Below are positions 1-7,037 of a DNA stretch of 12,417 bases, piece by piece. This DNA comes from Chlamydiia bacterium. GTDB lineage: Bacteria > Chlamydiota > Chlamydiia > Chlamydiales > Parachlamydiaceae. The notes beneath the pieces were generated by a model. The model made no database searches, was not told where the DNA came from, and worked only from the letters and a program-made list of their open reading frames with translations. Where the stretch lies: NCBI GenBank assembly GCA_038257035.1, contig JBBSJT010000071.1:1-12417 (forward strand), in the 5' to 3' direction. Both the position numbers and the translations under genes were made by a program. Position 1 is the stretch's first letter; every line of letters begins with the position of its first letter.

Positions 1-76
1 AGGACAAAAAGGACAAAAAGGACAAAAAGGACAAAAAGGACAAAAAGGACAAAAAGGACAAAAAGGACAAAAAGGA
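1..76. repeat. Perfect 9-bp tandem repeat (AGGACAAAA)x8 plus partial unit, truncated by the window edge
   Basis: Units start at 1, 10, 19, 28, 37, 46, 55 and 64, with a partial AGGA at 73-76. Confidence 0.97.
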
Positions 77-162
77 GCAAATTAACTCTATAAATTGTAT
101 CAAATAAATTATTTCATGAAAAGTTAATTTTGCCTTAAAGATATTGTCAGAGCGGTGAAAAT

Positions 163-272
163 GTCCTTTTAGTCCTTAATGTCCTTTTTGTCCTTTAAGT
201 CCTTTAAAATCCCTAAAGTCCTTTAAAATCCCTCAAGTCCTTTAAAATCCCTCAAGTCCTTTAAAATCCCTT
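163..272. repeat. Degenerate tandem array in inverted orientation to the 1-76 repeat: four 9-bp GTCCTTWWW units, then about four 19-bp GTCCTTTAAAATCCCT(A/C)AA units
   Basis: 9-mers start at 163, 172, 181 and 190. 19-mers start at 199, 218, 237 and 256 (the last is partial). GTCCTTTTT is the reverse complement of AAAAAGGAC. Confidence 0.93.
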
Positions 273-277
273 CTCTT

Positions 278-673
278 CTATTCATAAGCCAAAATCAAGG
301 CCTTAGCAGTGTTGGAGATAATAAAGTCAGGCTCATTCTTCAAGATTTCGACAAGCCTTAAACCTTCTTCCTTCTTTCCCATCATAAAAAGAGCTTTGGC
401 CACATTGAGTAAAGTAGGACCATGATCGGCTTCAATAATGAGTGCCTTTTCAAAATATTTTAACGCTTTTTGAGGCTCATTCAATTGCAAATAAACAGCC
501 CCTAAAGTTTGCGCATCATAGGCATTTTCGCTGTTGAGTACGATTAAAGCTTCAAAAATCGGCTCTGCAATTTCATATTTTCCCTGACGAATATAGGCAT
601 AGGCCGTATTTCGAAGATCATCTAAATGATCTTCGTTCCATCCAAGTTTTTTTTGCCAATCTATGCGACTCAT
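278..673 (-). CDS. TPR protein, type III secretion chaperone-like (Chlamydia CT274 family)
   Basis: 131 aa with three TPR-like helical repeats (AYAYIRQGKYEIAEPIFEAL; TLGAVYLQLNEPQKALKYFEKAL; LLNVAKALFMMGKKEEG). The N-terminal W..LGW...L..LR pattern matches the chlamydial CT274 family as recalled. It starts 3 bp after the upstream gene's stop. Confidence 0.8.
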   Translation of the reverse strand: MSRIDWQKKLGWNEDHLDDLRNTAYAYIRQGKYEIAEPIFEALIVLNSENAYDAQTLGAVYLQLNEPQKALKYFEKALIIEADHGPTLLNVAKALFMMGKKEEGLRLVEILKNEPDFIISNTAKALILAYE

Positions 674-676
674 TTG

Positions 677-1120
677 CTATCCTTGTAAAAACTGCCCTTT
701 TCGACCAAAAATAAATCCCATCCACTCATTTAGAATTTCAATTTGTTTAAAAAATCGTAAAAGCTTTTGTTTTTCTTCTTCTTCTTCCTCGGTGTCACTC
801 GATATACTTTCTATAAAGCTAAATAAAGCTGCTTGTTCATCTATAGAACCCATACTAGCTGCAACTCTATGAGCTGCAAATGGAGAGCGTCTTAATTTGC
901 TTTTTGGTGCAAAGAAATAAGCCCATGGTGCATTCAATGGGACGATGCCAAGAAGGATGTCGAGGTGGGTTAGTTCAGGATTTAAAGTCATCACCTGCGT
1001 CTGAGGTGGAATTTCTCCTGCTTGCTGCAGTCTAAATTGCTGATTGATCTGCTCAACCATCACCTGGCGTTTTGCATACAAATCATAAATACTAATGTCA
1101 AGCTTGTCTATCGTTGTCAT
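677..1120 (-). CDS. Conserved chlamydial protein (CT273/DUF5399-like), possible SctX-like T3SS protein
   Basis: 147-aa ORF with a GAGG Shine-Dalgarno site 5 nt upstream of the ATG. It has a WAYF motif, an acidic patch and a C-terminal GQFLQG. Its position, divergent from rsmH and upstream of the TPR gene, matches the CT272-CT273-CT274 arrangement. Confidence 0.7.
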   Translation of the reverse strand: MTTIDKLDISIYDLYAKRQVMVEQINQQFRLQQAGEIPPQTQVMTLNPELTHLDILLGIVPLNAPWAYFFAPKSKLRRSPFAAHRVAASMGSIDEQAALFSFIESISSDTEEEEEEKQKLLRFFKQIEILNEWMGFIFGRKGQFLQG

Positions 1121-1157
1121 AAAAACCTCGCAATGAAGGTAAAAAACCCTTATCTTT

Positions 1158-1166
1158 ATTTTACCA
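1158..1166 (-). promoter_or_regulatory. Putative extended -10 element (TGGTAAAAT) for the CT273/CT274-like operon
   Basis: The minus strand reads TGgTAAAAT about 37 nt upstream of the ATG. No clear -35 is present. Confidence 0.3.
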
Positions 1167-1251
1167 AATTTTCAATTATTTAGTTACTAAAACTATTTAC
1201 AATCTTTTCTTTGCTCGCACTTTACCCATTGGTCGAAAAAACTGTTTTAAT

Positions 1252-1279
1252 TTGGAAGCAAACACTGTATAGTTATAAT
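1252..1279 (+). promoter_or_regulatory. Putative sigma66/sigma70-type promoter of the rsmH-dcw operon
   Basis: TTGGAA (1252-1257), a 16-nt spacer, then a perfect TATAAT (1274-1279), 27 nt upstream of the rsmH ATG. Confidence 0.5.
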
Positions 1280-1306
1280 TTTTCTTAAATTAGAGAATAT
1301 AATTTT

Positions 1307-2236
1307 ATGACACAACCACATGTTTCCGTTTTATTAAATGAAATTTTAAGTTTTTATGAAGATCGGCCCATTCGCTTTTTTGTCGACGGTACTCTCGGTG
1401 CAGGCGGACATTCTGAAGCAATTTTAAAAGCCCACCCTGAAATTGAAAAGTTGATTGGAATTGATCAGGATGACTTAAGTTTGGCCACAGCTAAAAAAAG
1501 GTTGGAACCTTTTGGCGATAAAGTTGTCTTTATAAAAGGCAATTTTGAAGATCTCGACAAATATCTTAAAACAGCAAACATTAAACATGTTGATGGAATG
1601 CTTTTTGATCTTGGAGTTTCTTCCATGCAGCTTGATATTGCTGAAAAAGGATTTAGTTTTTCAAAAGACGGTCCCCTTGACATGCGTATGAATCAAGATT
1701 CACAACTAACCGCAGCTGAAATTATCAATACATGGTCTGAAAAAGAGATTGGCCGAGTTCTAAGGGAGTATGGTGAAGAAAAATATTGGAGAAAGGCAGC
1801 TTCTGCAATCGTTTTAGCAAGAAATGAAAAAACAATAAAGACAACAACGGAGCTTGCCGATTTATTAAGACCTTTATTTTCCTGGAAGAAAAAAGGTATA
1901 AATCCTCTGACACTTATTTTTCAAGGTCTAAGAATTGCAGTTAATAGGGAGCTTGAAGTGTTGGAAAAAATGATTCCCAAAGCTTTAGAATCCCTTGGAA
2001 AAGGTGGCAGATTAAGCGTTATAACCTTCCATAGTTTGGAAGATCGGATCGTTAAAAATCTTTTTCGTTTTGAAGCAAGTGATAAATTTGATACAGTGGG
2101 TCTTGGAGGTGTTTTTAAAGACAAGGTGCCTACCATTAAAATTTTAACCAAAAAACCGATCGCTCCATCTGATGATGAAGTGAAAATCAATCCAAGAAGC
2201 CGAAGCGCTAAATTGCGGTGCGTTGAAAAGGAATAG
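1307..2236 (+). CDS. rsmH: 16S rRNA (cytosine1402-N4)-methyltransferase RsmH/MraW
   Basis: Motifs HVSVLLNE, DGTLGAGGHS, DLGVSSMQLD, PLDMRM, FQGLRIAVNREL, ITFHSLEDRIVK and NPRSRSAKLR. Confidence 0.98.
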   Translation: MTQPHVSVLLNEILSFYEDRPIRFFVDGTLGAGGHSEAILKAHPEIEKLIGIDQDDLSLATAKKRLEPFGDKVVFIKGNFEDLDKYLKTANIKHVDGMLFDLGVSSMQLDIAEKGFSFSKDGPLDMRMNQDSQLTAAEIINTWSEKEIGRVLREYGEEKYWRKAASAIVLARNEKTIKTTTELADLLRPLFSWKKKGINPLTLIFQGLRIAVNRELEVLEKMIPKALESLGKGGRLSVITFHSLEDRIVKNLFRFEASDKFDTVGLGGVFKDKVPTIKILTKKPIAPSDDEVKINPRSRSAKLRCVEKE

Positions 2237-2237
2237 A

Positions 2238-2564
2238 ATGGCAAGTCGACAATTCGAAAATGAAACCGGAGCTTTTATCTATGTCAGGTTTGCTTTTTGT
2301 ATTTTTATTGCAGGACTGACCCTTTATCTTTATATTGATGATTTAAATAAACTGACAGGTTTAAGACTTGCAATACCGGCTTTAATCAAGGAAGTAAAAA
2401 GCATTCATGATGAAAACATTCAGCTACAGTATGAAATTGAGCGTTTTGAAAGCCCGATTCACTTAATGGAGCTTCTTAGAAAGCCTGAATTTAGTCATTT
2501 GTCCTACCCTTATGTAAAAGATGTTCACATTTTGAAACGCTCTAAATCAAAAGAGTTAAAATAA
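2238..2564 (+). CDS. ftsL: Cell division protein FtsL-like (CT271 family)
   Basis: Short cytoplasmic N-terminus, one hydrophobic helix (FAFCIFIAGLTLYLYI), then a coiled coil (LIKEVKSIHDENIQLQYEIERFESP). It sits in the canonical position between rsmH and ftsI. The ATG at 2238, with AAGGA upstream, is preferred over the TTG at 2223. Confidence 0.75.
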   Translation: MASRQFENETGAFIYVRFAFCIFIAGLTLYLYIDDLNKLTGLRLAIPALIKEVKSIHDENIQLQYEIERFESPIHLMELLRKPEFSHLSYPYVKDVHILKRSKSKELK

Positions 2565-4561
2565 TGGGAAGTAAAAAGCGCTTAACATTTGTTGCCCTTT
2601 TCATATTTTTCTGCTTCTCTCTGCTCATTGCAAAATTTTATAAAATCCAAATAATTGAAGGTGAAAAATGGACTGCCAAGGCCAATAATCAACATTATTT
2701 TTTTGTTAACGAACCTTTTTTTCGTGGCCATTTTTTTTCAAACACCCTTTTAAATCGAAGACACCCTGAAAAGCCGCAAAGTTTTGTAATAGATGTTAAA
2801 AAATTTCATTTGCATATCGATCCATCTTCTATTCCTCTTGAGCATCGTGATTCCATAGCAGATTATTTAATTGCGCATCTTCATTTGACAGTAGAAGAGG
2901 TGATGGATTTTAAAAGTCATTTTCATCAAAAAAGCCGTAACCGCAAATTAGCTATGTGGCTTGACAAAGAAACCAAAGATTCTGTCATGGAATGGTGGTT
3001 AACCTTTGCAAGAGAACATAAAGTTCCAAGAAATACTCTTTTTTTTGTTAGCGATTACCAACGCTCATACCCCTTTGGAAAACTTTTGGGGCAGGTACTG
3101 CACACAATTCAAAATAAAAAAGATGAAATTACAGGGCAGGGGATACCGACAGGTGGTCTTGAATCGCAGTTTGATCATTATCTAAAAGGAAAATCTGGCA
3201 AAAGACGCCTCATGAGATCCCCTCGAAATTCCTTTGAAATGGGAGAAGTCATAGCACAACCTGAAAATGGAGCCGATATTTATTTGACGATCAATCATAA
3301 TTTACAAGAAATTGCAGAAGATGAACTTGCAAAAGGTGTCAAACAAGCGAGGGCAAAATCTGGAACTGCCGTCATGATGGACCCAAGGACCGGTGAAATA
3401 TTAAGTCTTGCACAGTATCCTTTTTTTAATCCACCAGACTATAAGCGCTATTTTAACGATAAAGAACTCATTCAAGAAACTAAAGTCAAAGCCATTACCG
3501 ATGCAAATGAGCCGGGATCTATCATGAAACCCGTAACTTTAGCTATTGCCATGGTTGCAAATGAGGTTTTGAAAAAACGTGGCGAAATGGCCCTATTTAA
3601 TCCCGATGAAAAAATGGCTACATCAGACAGTCATTTTCCGGGGCGCTCAAAACCCTTAAAAGATACCCATCTCCATCAGTTTTTGAATATGGACATGGCT
3701 TTGCAAAAATCTTCTAATATTTACATGGCCCGCCTTAATGAAAAAATCATTGCAAGATTGGGCACCGATTTTTATCGCTCATGTCTTGTTAATATTTTTG
3801 GAATAGGAAAAAAAACAGGAATAGAGCTTCCATCAGAAACAGCAGGGGTTTTACCCGTTCCGGGAACAAAGCATCCAAATGGAACATTAAAATGGAGCGT
3901 TTCAACACCTTATTTGATGGCAATTGGTCATAACATTCAAGTGAGCAGCTTGCAGCTCTTAAGAATCTATGCTGTTTTTGCAAATGGAGGTTATCTTGTT
4001 CAACCAACACTTGTACAAAAAATTGAAAAAACCCATATTGATGGTACAAAAGAGATTCTTTTAGATAATAGAAACCAAGAACGCATCAATGCTTTTCCAC
4101 AAGTTCTGAAAAAAGATATTGTACAACGTATTGTCAGAGCTATGAAATTTGTGACAAAGAAAGGAGGTTCAGCACCTCTTGCTGATGTGAAAGGGTATAC
4201 TGAAGCCGGAAAAACAGGAACTGCTGAAAAAGTTATCAATGGTGCCTATTCGCAAAAACATTACTGCTCAAGTTTTGTTGGATTTGCACCGGTGAAAAAT
4301 GCGGCTTTTGTTCTTGTTGTCACAATTGATGAGCCGGAATATGGTTATTTGCAGGGGGTTGGGATGCAGCATCATGGAGGTCGTTGTGCAGCACCTGTTT
4401 TTCGTGAAATCGCAAGAAGAAGCCTTGAATATCTTGGAGTTACACCGGATGATCCTCATGGTTATCCTGTAGCTGATCCACGCTATGATTCAAAAAAAGC
4501 AGATTGGATTGCAGAAACTGAAGAATTGAAAGAAATGTACGATAAATGGAATAAACAATAA
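2564..4561 (+). CDS. ftsI: Class B penicillin-binding protein PBP3/FtsI (transpeptidase)
   Basis: N-terminal TM anchor, RSYPFG and GLESQFD non-catalytic motifs, and the SxxK (EPGSIMK), SxN (KSSNI) and KTG (GKTGTA) motifs. It overlaps ftsL through TAATG. Confidence 0.95.
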   Translation: MGSKKRLTFVALFIFFCFSLLIAKFYKIQIIEGEKWTAKANNQHYFFVNEPFFRGHFFSNTLLNRRHPEKPQSFVIDVKKFHLHIDPSSIPLEHRDSIADYLIAHLHLTVEEVMDFKSHFHQKSRNRKLAMWLDKETKDSVMEWWLTFAREHKVPRNTLFFVSDYQRSYPFGKLLGQVLHTIQNKKDEITGQGIPTGGLESQFDHYLKGKSGKRRLMRSPRNSFEMGEVIAQPENGADIYLTINHNLQEIAEDELAKGVKQARAKSGTAVMMDPRTGEILSLAQYPFFNPPDYKRYFNDKELIQETKVKAITDANEPGSIMKPVTLAIAMVANEVLKKRGEMALFNPDEKMATSDSHFPGRSKPLKDTHLHQFLNMDMALQKSSNIYMARLNEKIIARLGTDFYRSCLVNIFGIGKKTGIELPSETAGVLPVPGTKHPNGTLKWSVSTPYLMAIGHNIQVSSLQLLRIYAVFANGGYLVQPTLVQKIEKTHIDGTKEILLDNRNQERINAFPQVLKKDIVQRIVRAMKFVTKKGGSAPLADVKGYTEAGKTGTAEKVINGAYSQKHYCSSFVGFAPVKNAAFVLVVTIDEPEYGYLQGVGMQHHGGRCAAPVFREIARRSLEYLGVTPDDPHGYPVADPRYDSKKADWIAETEELKEMYDKWNKQ

Positions 4562-4577
4562 CAATTACTATAAATTC

Positions 4578-4774
4578 CTAGTCGCGAATGCGACGAAAGC
4601 ATGTAGCCGCGGGTGTAAACCCGCGGTCAGATCATAAATAATTATGAGCCATGAAGATGGCGACAGAGGAAAAATTAAGGTAGATTTCTGTCGCCATATC
4701 CATGGCTCACATTTTATTTACCATTTAACCCTGGGGTTTACACCCCAGGATGCTTTCGTCGCATTCGCGACTAG
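4578..4774. mobile_element. 197-bp non-autonomous palindromic element (REPIN/MITE-like) with perfect 25-bp terminal inverted repeats and nested hairpins
   Basis: 4578-4602 CTAGTCGCGAATGCGACGAAAGCAT is the exact reverse complement of 4750-4774. Hairpins lie at 4607-4626 and 4730-4749, and there is an inner 23-bp inverted repeat at 4645-4667 / 4687-4709. Mobility is inferred, not shown. Confidence 0.75.
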
Positions 4775-4821
4775 CATCGGAAGCAAAAGACTTATTAGCG
4801 ATAAATGAATTGGAGAAATAA

Positions 4822-6315
4822 ATGAAACTTAAAAAATTGCTAAAAGATATACCTTTTAAAGAAATTCGAGGATGCAGCGACATTCTCATAACCGGTATTT
4901 GTTCAAATTCAAAATTAGTTTCCCCCGGTAATTTATTTATTGCAAGAAAGGGATTAAATGAACATGGTGAAAAATATATTGCCGAAGCTATAGCTGCAGG
5001 CGCTATAGCCATTGCTACAGATATTGTAAACCCTTTTTTAAAAAATGTTACGCAAATCATTCATCCTGATGTTGCCTTAATCGAAGGTATGCTTGCAGCA
5101 AATTATTATCAATATCCAAGCGATGAACTTTATATGGTGGCAATTACAGGCACGAATGGCAAAACCACGACTTCCTTTCTTATCAAACACCTTTTAGATA
5201 GACTAAAAAAACCAAGTGGTTTGATCGGAACAATTGAATATATAATTGGGAATCATCGATATCCGGCATTAAGAACAACTCCTGATGTAATCAACAACCA
5301 TAAAATGTTAAGAGAAATGGTCTTGAACGGCTGTAAATCTTCTGTGATGGAAGTTTCATCACATGCCCTTACCCAAAATAGGGTTGAAAATATTCATTTT
5401 GATGTGGCTATATTCACTAATTTAACAGTAGATCATCTAGATTACCATGAAACAATGGAAGCTTATGCTTCAGCAAAAAATAAGCTTTTTTTAACTCATC
5501 CTTTGAAAAAAGAAAGAAAAAAAATAGCTATTATTAATGTAGACAGTCCATGGGCTTCTAAAATTATAGAAGGCAGTACTTTTTCCACATTGACATATGG
5601 AATAGAAAATAGTGGCCCGATCGATGTGAAAGCTGAAAATATTCAACTTTCAAAAGAATCAACCTTTTTTACTTTGCTCTATCAAGGTAAAAAATACCCC
5701 TGCAAAAGCCATCTGATAGGAAGATTTAATGTTTATAATTATTTAGCCGCAATTTCGGTAGGTTTATCAAAGGGTGAATCTGTTGAAAAATTAATCGATA
5801 TCATGTCAACCGCAACAAGCCCATCAGGTCGTCTCGAACCTGTTCCGAATGAGATCAATCGTACGATTTATGTAGATTTTGCACATAGCGATGATGCGCT
5901 AAAAAATGTTTTAGAAAGTTTAAATGAGCTTAAAACAAAAAAAATCATTACAGTTTTTGGTTGTGGTGGAGACAGGGATTCAACCAAACGCCCTAAAATG
6001 GGTGCAGTTGCAAATAAGTTTTCCGATTTCACAATTGTGACTTCAGATAATCCAAGATCTGAAAATCCTGAAATTATTTGTGAAGATATCTGCAAAGGCT
6101 TTACAAATATAAAAAATTATGAAATTGTCATTGATCGAGCATCCGCCATTAAAAAAGCGGTCGATTTAAGTGAAGAGGGGGATATTATTCTTATTGCGGG
6201 GAAAGGGCATGAAGCGTATCAGATTTTTGCCCATCACACAATTGAATTTGATGATCGAAAGGTGGTATTAGAAATATGCCAAAAACTAGAAAACCAACCG
6301 GAACTTACAATATGA
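4822..6315 (+). CDS. murE: UDP-MurNAc-L-Ala-D-Glu:meso-diaminopimelate ligase
   Basis: Motifs ITGTNGKTT (P-loop), MEVSSHAL, FTNLTVDHLDYH, VDFAH, VFGCGGDRD, the mDAP-specificity motif DNPR, and IAGKGHE. GGAG Shine-Dalgarno site upstream. Confidence 0.97.
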   Translation: MKLKKLLKDIPFKEIRGCSDILITGICSNSKLVSPGNLFIARKGLNEHGEKYIAEAIAAGAIAIATDIVNPFLKNVTQIIHPDVALIEGMLAANYYQYPSDELYMVAITGTNGKTTTSFLIKHLLDRLKKPSGLIGTIEYIIGNHRYPALRTTPDVINNHKMLREMVLNGCKSSVMEVSSHALTQNRVENIHFDVAIFTNLTVDHLDYHETMEAYASAKNKLFLTHPLKKERKKIAIINVDSPWASKIIEGSTFSTLTYGIENSGPIDVKAENIQLSKESTFFTLLYQGKKYPCKSHLIGRFNVYNYLAAISVGLSKGESVEKLIDIMSTATSPSGRLEPVPNEINRTIYVDFAHSDDALKNVLESLNELKTKKIITVFGCGGDRDSTKRPKMGAVANKFSDFTIVTSDNPRSENPEIICEDICKGFTNIKNYEIVIDRASAIKKAVDLSEEGDIILIAGKGHEAYQIFAHHTIEFDDRKVVLEICQKLENQPELTI

Positions 6316-7037
6316 AATTTATTCTGTTGCCACTTTTTTTCATTTTAATGCTGTTTTCTAGTTGCCAAACAAAACGGATTGTTGAAAGAACTCCTCAGTT
6401 AGAATTTATTGCAAATAGATCAAAAAATGAGGAAATAGTCTATACAAGCTATTTTAAACCCTATACTAATTTAAAAAATCAATTGATCGTGATTGATGCG
6501 GGACACGGTGGTGACGATGTAGGTACAAGTTCTTCAAGTACCCCTAAATATCAAGAGAAATCTTTAAATCTATCTACTTCACTTTTCTTAAAAGATTTTT
6601 TGCAAAAGATGGGCTATACTGTAGAAATGACAAGAAGCAACGACACTTTCATTCCACTGGTTACAAGGAGTCTCATAGCAAACAATTATAATCCTCGGCT
6701 TTTTGTTAGCGTTCATTTTAATGCTGCGTTAAGTGAGCAGCCTGAGGGTATAGAAGTATTTTACTTTGCTTCAGAGACAGATAAGGTCAGAAGTTTGCAA
6801 TCTAAAAAACTTGGGGAAACAGTTTTAGGGCGTATCATTCAAAGAACAAAGGCTAAGTCTCGTGGCTTAAAACATGGCAATCTTGCTGTCATCAGGGAAA
6901 CAAACATGCCAGCCATATTGGTTGAGGGAGGTTTTATGACCAACAAAAACGAAATGGAAAAAATCAAGGATCCGGCCTATATCAAACAATTGGCTTATGG
7001 TATTGCTCTTGGCATAGATGACTACATAAAACAGTGA
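6312..7037 (+). CDS. amiA: N-acetylmuramoyl-L-alanine amidase (Amidase_3), AmiA, probable lipoprotein
   Basis: Zn-amidase motifs IDAGHGG, EK, SVHFNA and ILVEGGF. The ATG at 6312 overlaps the murE stop (ATGA) and gives the signal peptide MKFILLPLFFILMLFSSC. Confidence 0.92.
   Translation: MKFILLPLFFILMLFSSCQTKRIVERTPQLEFIANRSKNEEIVYTSYFKPYTNLKNQLIVIDAGHGGDDVGTSSSSTPKYQEKSLNLSTSLFLKDFLQKMGYTVEMTRSNDTFIPLVTRSLIANNYNPRLFVSVHFNAALSEQPEGIEVFYFASETDKVRSLQSKKLGETVLGRIIQRTKAKSRGLKHGNLAVIRETNMPAILVEGGFMTNKNEMEKIKDPAYIKQLAYGIALGIDDYIKQ

Noticed and set aside
163..272. Possible CRISPR array or plasmid iterons (19-bp repeats)
   Set aside because: The repeats are head-to-tail with no unique spacers, there is no cas or rep gene, and the 19-mer derives from the adjacent 9-mer.
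772..791. (TTC)n run encoding poly-Glu
   Set aside because: A short in-frame acidic patch within the CT273-like protein, with no sign of phase variation.
1121..1306. Missing mraZ upstream of rsmH
   Set aside because: A reduced dcw cluster without mraZ is the usual chlamydial arrangement, and no pseudogene remnant is visible.
4578..4774. tRNA, riboswitch or other known ncRNA
   Set aside because: No cloverleaf, T-loop or recognisable aptamer. The whole-element dyad symmetry fits a DNA repeat element better.
4725..5060. 111-aa minus-strand ORF, plus the other short ORFs at 663-872, 1465-1683, 1725-1913, 1921-2244, 3789-4049, 4000-4239, 4268-4459, 5868-6095, 7389-7598, 7791-8006, 8223-8456, 9346-9552 and 9992-10195
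   Set aside because: These are antisense or alternate-frame shadows of well-supported genes, with no recognisable motifs.
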